Source: an uncultured Holophagales bacterium (GTDB lineage: Bacteria; Acidobacteriota; Thermoanaerobaculia; Multivoradales; UBA5704). Taken from it: 64,000 nucleotides of DNA. Position numbers and translations under genes: made by a program. The stretch is taken from positions 544,001-608,000 of the forward strand of contig CAWJGT010000001.1 in NCBI GenBank assembly GCA_963842525.1, read 5' to 3'. Under the pieces are notes generated by a model, which saw only the letters and a program-made list of their open reading frames with translations, made no database searches and was not told where the DNA came from. Positions 57,760-64,000 of this stretch are shown here, piece after piece; position 1 is the first letter of the stretch; each line of letters begins with the position of its first letter.

Positions 57760-58490
57760 CCGCCGATTCCCGCCAGCGGATTGAACGGCTTCGCCGTATA
57801 CCCGGCGGGGGGCTCGTAAAGGCCGGCCGGGGCATCCTTCGTCTCGGCCGAGATCAGCTCCTCGCGGGTCTTGAACCGGGCGCCCATGGCGTCGACGCTG
57901 TCCTCCCGCAGGACGGGAAAGCCTTCGACCTTCTCGAGCTCGCGGGCCCAGTCCGCGGCGCCGGGCTGGAGGGCGGCCAGGGTGGCGGCCAGGCGGTTGA
58001 GGTTCCGCCAGGCTTCGACCTCGGGGCTCACCCACAGGGTGCTGGCGATCTTCATGCCCGTGGCATTGGTGATCTCCATCTGGACCCGGCGGGCGTTCCA
58101 GGCGTTGACCTTGCGGGTCTCTCCCGTAGAGGACACCTTCACGGCGAGCTTCATCTGCTGCGCCCAGAGCGCCCCCACCTGTTCCTGCCCCTTGGGCATC
58201 AGGCGGACGAAGTCGACCGGCAGGATCAGCTCGCTGTAGGTCTTCTCGGGATGGTTCACGACGTACAGCTTGTTGCGGTCGAGGCGCAGGATCGTCGAGC
58301 TCTCCCCCTCGTCGCGGCGCAGCCGGTCGGCGCCCACCCAGATCCGGACCTCCGTGTCCTTGGCCGGCTGCGTCTCGCCCGCGACCTGAAAGGCGTCGGT
58401 ATGGCTCTTGAGCGTCAGCAGGGAGTCGGCGCCGGAGGCCGAGGCCCAGGCGAGAAACAGAAGCGCGAGGAGGAAGGCACGTCGAGGCAT
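57756..58490 (-). CDS. Secreted DUF4412-like protein
   Basis: Signal peptide; TGETRKVNAWNARR, GFPV, YEPPAGY. Confidence 0.7.
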   Translation of the reverse strand: MPRRAFLLALLFLAWASASGADSLLTLKSHTDAFQVAGETQPAKDTEVRIWVGADRLRRDEGESSTILRLDRNKLYVVNHPEKTYSELILPVDFVRLMPKGQEQVGALWAQQMKLAVKVSSTGETRKVNAWNARRVQMEITNATGMKIASTLWVSPEVEAWRNLNRLAATLAALQPGAADWARELEKVEGFPVLREDSVDAMGARFKTREELISAETKDAPAGLYEPPAGYTAKPFNPLAGIGG

Positions 58491-58501
58491 GGCGAGCTAG
58501 C

Positions 58502-58993
58502 TTAGCCGTCCGTGCCGGGCTTGACAATCTGAGCCAGCGGAGCCGCGTCCTTGCGCCGCACGTAGAGGAGCTTCTCGACCTCGGCCACCACGTCGTCCCG
58601 TTCGTCGACGACCTCGACCTGGAAGACCGGCTCGATCTTGCCGTCGCGGTCCGCGGCGGCCCGGATTTCGGCGATGCGCTCCTCGGGGATGTGGAAGGTG
58701 GCGCGCACGGTGCCCCGTCCGGGACGGCGGAAGCGGATGGTGGCCGCCTTGTCCCAGACGACGTAGTCCCTCCCCAGGTGCTCCAACAGGATCAGCATGA
58801 GGAAGGGGTCGCACATCGTGTAGAGCGATCCCCCGAAGTGGGTGCCCACGTAGTTGCGGTTCCACCACCGCAGCTTCATCCGCACCTCGAAGGTCCGGAA
58901 GTCGGGAGAGACACGCACCCGCACACCGGCCCCCAGGTAGGGCGGGTACAGGTTCAGCAGCCGGAGCATCCACCGCGTGCGGGATCGGGTCAT
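58502..58993 (-). CDS. DUF4442 hotdog-fold protein
   Basis: NLYPPYLGAG, NYVGTHFGGSLYTMCDP, VWDKAA. Confidence 0.85.
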   Translation of the reverse strand: MTRSRTRWMLRLLNLYPPYLGAGVRVRVSPDFRTFEVRMKLRWWNRNYVGTHFGGSLYTMCDPFLMLILLEHLGRDYVVWDKAATIRFRRPGRGTVRATFHIPEERIAEIRAAADRDGKIEPVFQVEVVDERDDVVAEVEKLLYVRRKDAAPLAQIVKPGTDG

Positions 58994-59078
58994 GGGACGG
59001 AGATTATCGCCTCTTGGGAGGGTCAAGGCCCGGGCAGGCTCTCGGGTCCACCCGAGCCTTTCGACGGCCAGCGCGAGG

Positions 59079-59270
59079 CTAGGCGCAGGTGTGGCTGGGG
59101 TAGCAGCTCACGCAGGTGTGCTGAACGCTGCAGATCATGGCGCTTTCCACCGGACACTTCGGCGGCGGCGCGGGAGCGGCCCCGACGAGCCCCGCGAGGT
59201 TCTGGTTGTCGAGGACTCCCAGGGTCTCCTTGGAGAGCTTCAGCTTCTTGACGTTGTTGTTCTTCTTCAT
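59079..59270 (-). CDS. Lanthipeptide-like RiPP precursor
   Basis: Leader KKLKLSKETL..LVGA; Cys/Ser/Thr-rich core; AGGAG RBS. Confidence 0.8.
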   Translation of the reverse strand: MKKNNNVKKLKLSKETLGVLDNQNLAGLVGAAPAPPPKCPVESAMICSVQHTCVSCYPSHTCA

Positions 59271-59374
59271 GACGGGTCTCCTGGTCGTTCCGGAATGTCT
59301 CAAAGGGCTGAGCTTCCAGAAGGGTCTGAGGAGAGGAACGAGCGCTCCGCACAGATCCCCTCACCAGCGCGCAA

Positions 59375-59791
59375 TCAGTGCTCAGGGACGCGCAGCCGGA
59401 GAGTGGGGAAGATCGGCGTGAAGTCGTCGCCGTTCCTCGTGATGAGACCCTCGAAGCGAGCTGCGAAGGCTCCGATCAGGATGTCGGCCAGCGGCCTCTT
59501 GGAGAGCCCACCGGAGCGCCGGCGCTGAACGAACTCAGCCCAGGCCTCATGGGCACGGAGGGTGTCCGCCCAGGTCCAGTCCTGACGGAAGTCCACTCCG
59601 ACCCCGGAAAGGAATTCGTCCTGCAGGCTACGGTCCGCCTGGAATGCGGGAGCGAGCTCGGTGTAGGTCATGGGGCAGATTACCAAGCCGGCCTCGGCGC
59701 ACGCTTCCAGCGTCTGGGCAGAGACGACGCCAAAGGTTGGATCTTCATCCAGGACGTCGATGAGGACACAAGTGTCCACAACCCACGCCAT
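59375..59791 (-). CDS. PIN-domain toxin (VapC-like)
   Basis: VVDTCVLID, ADILIGAFA, LITRN. Confidence 0.9.
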   Translation of the reverse strand: MAWVVDTCVLIDVLDEDPTFGVVSAQTLEACAEAGLVICPMTYTELAPAFQADRSLQDEFLSGVGVDFRQDWTWADTLRAHEAWAEFVQRRRSGGLSKRPLADILIGAFAARFEGLITRNGDDFTPIFPTLRLRVPEH

Positions 59792-60048
59792 CAGCGATCG
59801 CCTTCACGCAACTCATTCATCCAGTCCTCGGTCCTGCGTGCCGGTCGGAAGCGCCGGGCGAAACCGAGCATCGCCATGGCGCCTCGTGGCTCCGGCTCCG
59901 GGAGCACCTGGACGCGGATCTCATTCTCTCCCGACTTCTCCCAGAGCAGGCGTTGCCCCTTCTCGATGCCGAGCTCTTTCCGGAGGTTGGCCGGAATCGA
60001 GACCTGGCCCCGCTCGGTGACAACGGAGACATTGGAAGCTCCAGGCAT
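59791..60048 (-). CDS. AbrB/MazE-family antitoxin
   Basis: VTERGQVSIPANLRKELGI; coupled to the PIN gene. Confidence 0.9.
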   Translation of the reverse strand: MPGASNVSVVTERGQVSIPANLRKELGIEKGQRLLWEKSGENEIRVQVLPEPEPRGAMAMLGFARRFRPARRTEDWMNELREGDR

Positions 60049-60162
60049 GGCGCCAGTCTATCATGCAGACTCATCATGTGGGACCCGGTGGCTTATAGAG
60101 ATGGGCCGGCGACGGAGGGGGACCGGCAGGGGGTGATCGCGGCGACGAACGCGCCGGCGAGG

Positions 60163-63100
60163 CTACGCCAGATCGATCTCAGCCAGGTACGCCTCCTCCA
60201 GGTTGGGCTCGACCGGGTTTCCTTCGAGGGGCTCGCCGGGGCGGGCGATGGCGCGCACCTGGATGCCTTCCAGGCGGCGGACCCGGGCAGTGATGCGGTA
60301 GGTGTGGCCGAAGGCGGCGAGGTCGGTGTCGGCGATCAGCGCCTCGAAGACCCGGCCGCGGGCGCGGGCGGCCAGCTCCTCGGGCGTGCCGTCGAAACGG
60401 AGACGGCCGCGGTGGAGGAGGAGCAGCCGCCGGGCGGCGGCTTCGACGTCGCTTGCGATGTGGGTCGAGAAGAGGACGATCCGCGCGCCGGCCTGCTCCA
60501 GGAGGATCTGCCGGAAACGGCTGCGCGATTCGATATCCAGCCCGGTGGTCGGCTCGTCGACGATCAGGATCGGCGGCGCCCCGAGGAGCGCCCGCGCAAT
60601 GCCCACCCGCTGCCGCATGCCCCCCGAGAAATCCCGCACCTTGCGCCCGGCATGCTCGGAGAGCCCCACGGCCGCGAGCAGCCGCTCGATCTCGTCGTGC
60701 CGCGCCCGCGCGTCGTCCATCCCCCTCTCCAGGGCCCAGTGGTCGAGGAACTGCTCTGCCGTGAAATCAGGATAGGCATTGAACTCCTGCGGCAGGAAGC
60801 CGATCCGCCGCCGGTACTCGGCCAGGTTCTCGGCCGCGACCGGGACGCCGCGGTAGATCACGTGGCCGCGGGTGGGCTGGAGGAGGCCGGTCAGCAGCCG
60901 CAGCAGGGTGGTCTTGCCCGCGCCGTTCGGCCCCAGCAGGCCGATGATCCCCGGCTCCAGCGCGAAGCTCACGCTTGAAAGGGCGGGGACGCCCGAGCGG
61001 TAGATCTTGGTGAGGCTGCGCACCTCCAGCGCCGGCGGCCCGGGCTCGCTCCAGACCGGAGGCCGGCGCCGTTGGCGGTCCTCCTCGGGGTCGCGGGTGC
61101 GCCAGCGCGCCAGGCCGGCCCGCAGGGGCGCGACCACGAAGGCGGCGGCGAGCAGGGAGGCGCCTCCCGCCAGCGCCGCGGCCCGCAAGGGGACCACCCA
61201 GCGGAAGCGGATCAGGTCGGCTCCTACTGTAGGCGCCGCGAGGGCGAGGGTCATGGGAAGGACGGCGGCGAAGACCCAGGCGCTCTCCCGGCGCAGCGCA
61301 CGGTACAGGCCGGCGGGCGGATCGGCAGGGCCTGAAAAGGGGGCTCCCGCCGCAGCCAGCTCGGCGACCGCCGGCAGGGCCAGCGCGAGGGCCGCGGCCA
61401 GGGCGAATACCGTCAGCTCGTCGGCTTCCCCGAGGCTCGCGCGGATGAGCGGTGCCGCGGCCAGCAACCCCACCGCCAGGGGAACCAGGGTCACCAGGGC
61501 TTTGAGCGGCGAGCCGAGACGGCAGGTCCCCACCGCGAAGAGCAGGAGGGGGACGGCGAGCGCCAGGCCGAACGCCCGCCAGCGCTCGCGCTGCCAGAGC
61601 TGCGGGGCCAGGGAGGGCCGCTCCAGGTCGACGCCCGCCGGAAGCGGGAGCTGCTCCAGGTTGCGGTCGATGTTCTTCACCAGGTCGCGGCGCAGCTCCT
61701 CGCTGTTCAGCGGAAGCTGGACCTCGACCGGAAGCACGAAACGTCCGGACTGCCGGCCGATCCGCGGATAGACGACCTCCTCCCGCAGGCCCAGGACGGC
61801 GGCGGGGACGACCGTCCTCTCGCCGAGGCGGAGCGGCCGGCCCAGCACCTGGGCCGCCAGGGGGATCGCCCGGTCCGGGTCCTCCGGGGTGCCCGCGGGC
61901 ACGACGACGAGCGAGCGCTCCGCTCCGGTCGTGGCGTTCCGGGGCAGGGGGACCTCGACGGGCGGCCGGCTCGCGGCGCCCAGCCTCGAGGCGATCTCCT
62001 TGACCTCGCCGGGCGGCGATCCGCCGAGGGGGCGCAGGCTCAGCAGGATCGAGGGGTCGCCCCATCCCGAAATCCACCAGCGCCGCACCTTAAGGTTGTC
62101 CAGCCGGTTCAGGATGCGGTCGTAGGCGATGCGCAGCGATCCCAGGTCGGCGCTACGCAGGACGAACCGGTAGCGCTGCGTCTCCTCGTCCAGCCGGGCC
62201 CGGTCCTCCAACTCGAAATCCAGGGCGCGTCCTGCGGCTGCCTGGAGGCCGGAGTCGATCTGCGCCGCGCCGGCGCCGGGGATCCTGTAGCGCAGGCGGG
62301 TCGCGAGCCGCGCCATGCGGTCGGGCCGGCGGTCTTCGGGGCGCACCTCGGCCCACACGAACGCCTGCCCGGGCCGGGTGTTGCTGCCGAAGCGTACGAC
62401 CTCCGCAGTCCGGGCGAGCTCCTCTTCGACCTGCCGGACCTGCTGCTCCGCCTCGGCGAGCGTCGAGCCCTCGGGCAGGCGGAGCCGGACGGTGAGGTTC
62501 CCACCGTCCGGCGACAGGTCGCCCGGCTTCGGGACCAGGGCGCTGGAGAAGAGGGTGACGGCGATGGCACCGGCCGTCACCACGGCAAGGAGGACAGTCC
62601 CGGGATCGCGCAGGGTCCGGCGCTGGCTGGCTGCGAGGCGGTTGGGGAGGAGGCGGACCCTCTCTTCCGTCCCGGGGAGGAGGGCCGCTGCCGCCAGCGC
62701 CGCCGCCAGGGAGAGGAGCAGCGCGCGGGCGGGCTCGCCCAGGAGAGGGCCCAGGTTCGTACCTGCCAGGGCGACGGCGATCGGCACGGCCGCGGCGGCT
62801 GCCACAGCGGTCGCCGCCAGAGGCCAGAAACCCTTCCCTTCAGCCCGGAGGATGCGGAAGGCTGCGGCAGGGAGAACGCCTGCCACGCCCACCGCGAGCG
62901 CGACCAGGGTGGTGACATTCAGGGAGATGTTCGCCAGCCAGAGGGCATTGGCCGCCGCGGCGACCCCCGCTGGCAGGGCGAGCCCTAGCGCGAGAGCCCC
63001 CGGCCGGCCAGCCAGGACACCGCCGGCCGCGGCAATCGCAGCCGCGGCGAGGAGGGCGCCCAGGGCGAGCCGGCCCAGGAGGCTTCGCAGGGGCTCCGCC

Positions 63101-64000
63101 TCGCTCCAGTCGACCGTACCGCGCAGGCCGCCGGGGAGAGAGGCGACCCGCTCGCGCAGGGCGCGGTCGGTGGCGAGAAGCGGCGCGCCATTGGCCCGGT
63201 AGATAAAAAGGGCCTGAGCGGGTGTGCCGTTGTAGCGGACACGGATCCACGGCTCCCGCCAGCGTGGGCGGACCGCCGCGAGGGCGCCGAGCGGGATGGC
63301 GCCGCCCGCCCGGCCGGGGATGGGCAGGCGCGCCAGCTCGTCCGGGGACGCGGGCGGGATCACGACCGGCAGGCGCCGGTCTCCCAGCCGGACCCGCCCC
63401 AGGAGCACGGTGCGGAGGGAGCCCTCGACCTCGCGGCGGACGGCCATGGCGGTCCCCCAGGGATCGAGTGTGCCGGGAGCCAGCTCGATCCGGACCTCCT
63501 CCTGGCGCAGGCCGAGCGGCTCGACGGCCCGCACCCCCGGGATCGATCGCAGGACCTCGGCAGTCCGCTCGGCGTCCGCGTCCCGTCGCACGCCTTCCAG
63601 CCAGACGACGGCAAGGAGCTCGCCCTCGGCCTGCGAAGCGGGCGCGATGTCGAGCCGGGAGCCCGCCGGCAGACGGTCCCGCAGGCCCGCCAGCTCCGAT
63701 TCGAGCCGCGCCGCTTTGCGCTCCGGATCGGTGCCGGGTGCAAACCGCACGGTGAGAGTGGCCCCGTTCGTGCTCACCTCGCCGCGCGTCCCCTGCACAC
63801 GGCCGAGGCTGCGGACAGCCCCTTCGATCTCCTCGATCCAATCGCGGGCGACCTCTCCCGGCTCGCTCCCCTCTTCGGACAGGGTCAATTGGACCGTCAG
63901 CTCCGGGAAGCTCTGCCGCGGCAGGTAGTCCATGGGCAGGCGCACGAAGGCCACGGCGCCCAGGAGGAGCAGGCCGAGGGTGAGGATGAGGCGGGCGCGG
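60163..64000 (-). CDS. RND-permease-like protein fused to a C-terminal ABC ATPase (5' end outside window)
   Basis: AcrB-like segments (LPMDYLP..FPEL, ISLNVTTL, LPEGSTL); GPNGAGKTT, FSGGMRQR, IVDEPT, STH. Confidence 0.8.
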   Translation of the reverse strand, partial: RARLILTLGLLLLGAVAFVRLPMDYLPRQSFPELTVQLTLSEEGSEPGEVARDWIEEIEGAVRSLGRVQGTRGEVSTNGATLTVRFAPGTDPERKAARLESELAGLRDRLPAGSRLDIAPASQAEGELLAVVWLEGVRRDADAERTAEVLRSIPGVRAVEPLGLRQEEVRIELAPGTLDPWGTAMAVRREVEGSLRTVLLGRVRLGDRRLPVVIPPASPDELARLPIPGRAGGAIPLGALAAVRPRWREPWIRVRYNGTPAQALFIYRANGAPLLATDRALRERVASLPGGLRGTVDWSEAEPLRSLLGRLALGALLAAAAIAAAGGVLAGRPGALALGLALPAGVAAAANALWLANISLNVTTLVALAVGVAGVLPAAAFRILRAEGKGFWPLAATAVAAAAAVPIAVALAGTNLGPLLGEPARALLLSLAAALAAAALLPGTEERVRLLPNRLAASQRRTLRDPGTVLLAVVTAGAIAVTLFSSALVPKPGDLSPDGGNLTVRLRLPEGSTLAEAEQQVRQVEEELARTAEVVRFGSNTRPGQAFVWAEVRPEDRRPDRMARLATRLRYRIPGAGAAQIDSGLQAAAGRALDFELEDRARLDEETQRYRFVLRSADLGSLRIAYDRILNRLDNLKVRRWWISGWGDPSILLSLRPLGGSPPGEVKEIASRLGAASRPPVEVPLPRNATTGAERSLVVVPAGTPEDPDRAIPLAAQVLGRPLRLGERTVVPAAVLGLREEVVYPRIGRQSGRFVLPVEVQLPLNSEELRRDLVKNIDRNLEQLPLPAGVDLERPSLAPQLWQRERWRAFGLALAVPLLLFAVGTCRLGSPLKALVTLVPLAVGLLAAAPLIRASLGEADELTVFALAAALALALPAVAELAAAGAPFSGPADPPAGLYRALRRESAWVFAAVLPMTLALAAPTVGADLIRFRWVVPLRAAALAGGASLLAAAFVVAPLRAGLARWRTRDPEEDRQRRRPPVWSEPGPPALEVRSLTKIYRSGVPALSSVSFALEPGIIGLLGPNGAGKTTLLRLLTGLLQPTRGHVIYRGVPVAAENLAEYRRRIGFLPQEFNAYPDFTAEQFLDHWALERGMDDARARHDEIERLLAAVGLSEHAGRKVRDFSGGMRQRVGIARALLGAPPILIVDEPTTGLDIESRSRFRQILLEQAGARIVLFSTHIASDVEAAARRLLLLHRGRLRFDGTPEELAARARGRVFEALIADTDLAAFGHTYRITARVRRLEGIQVRAIARPGEPLEGNPVEPNLEEAYLAEIDLA

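Overview
High-GC bacterial chromosome segment; the gene and repeat families suggest Acidobacteriota/Thermoanaerobaculia, but that is inference. A ~46 kb prophage is integrated at the 3' end of tRNA-Ala(GGC) and is bounded by the direct repeat TCCACCAAA at 7963-7971 and 53983-53991. The attachment core lies inside the 3' end of a large serine recombinase gene, so integration swaps the enzyme's C-terminal tail. Left to right the prophage holds: an early/replication operon (iteron-bearing initiator, DnaC-like ATPase, DnaB, two degenerate recombinases); two tandem regulatory modules, each with a divergent HTH pair, a TPR protein and a secreted peptide precursor ending in C-[LI]-D-P-x-G, and each carrying a TGGTAT-N4-ATACCA palindrome; AT-richer defence-like cargo (UvrD, nitrilase-STAND-TPR, kinase-HD dNTPase-like); a Mu-like head and tail module without a recognisable long tape measure or endolysin; a tyrosine recombinase; a STAND-TPR protein; a Cys-rich secreted peptide; and a ~2 kb repeat-rich non-coding arm with two Xer-like palindromes. 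The duplicated peptide-TPR module is the best candidate for an undescribed, arbitrium-like communication system. Host flanks encode a Rieske oxidoreductase, DUF2330, RnfD-like, ComF, TlpA and HflX proteins, a response regulator/GAF/DUF4388 cluster, a lanthipeptide-like precursor, a VapBC-like pair and an RND-ABC fusion. Scattered single-base frameshifts in both host and phage genes are probably sequencing errors.
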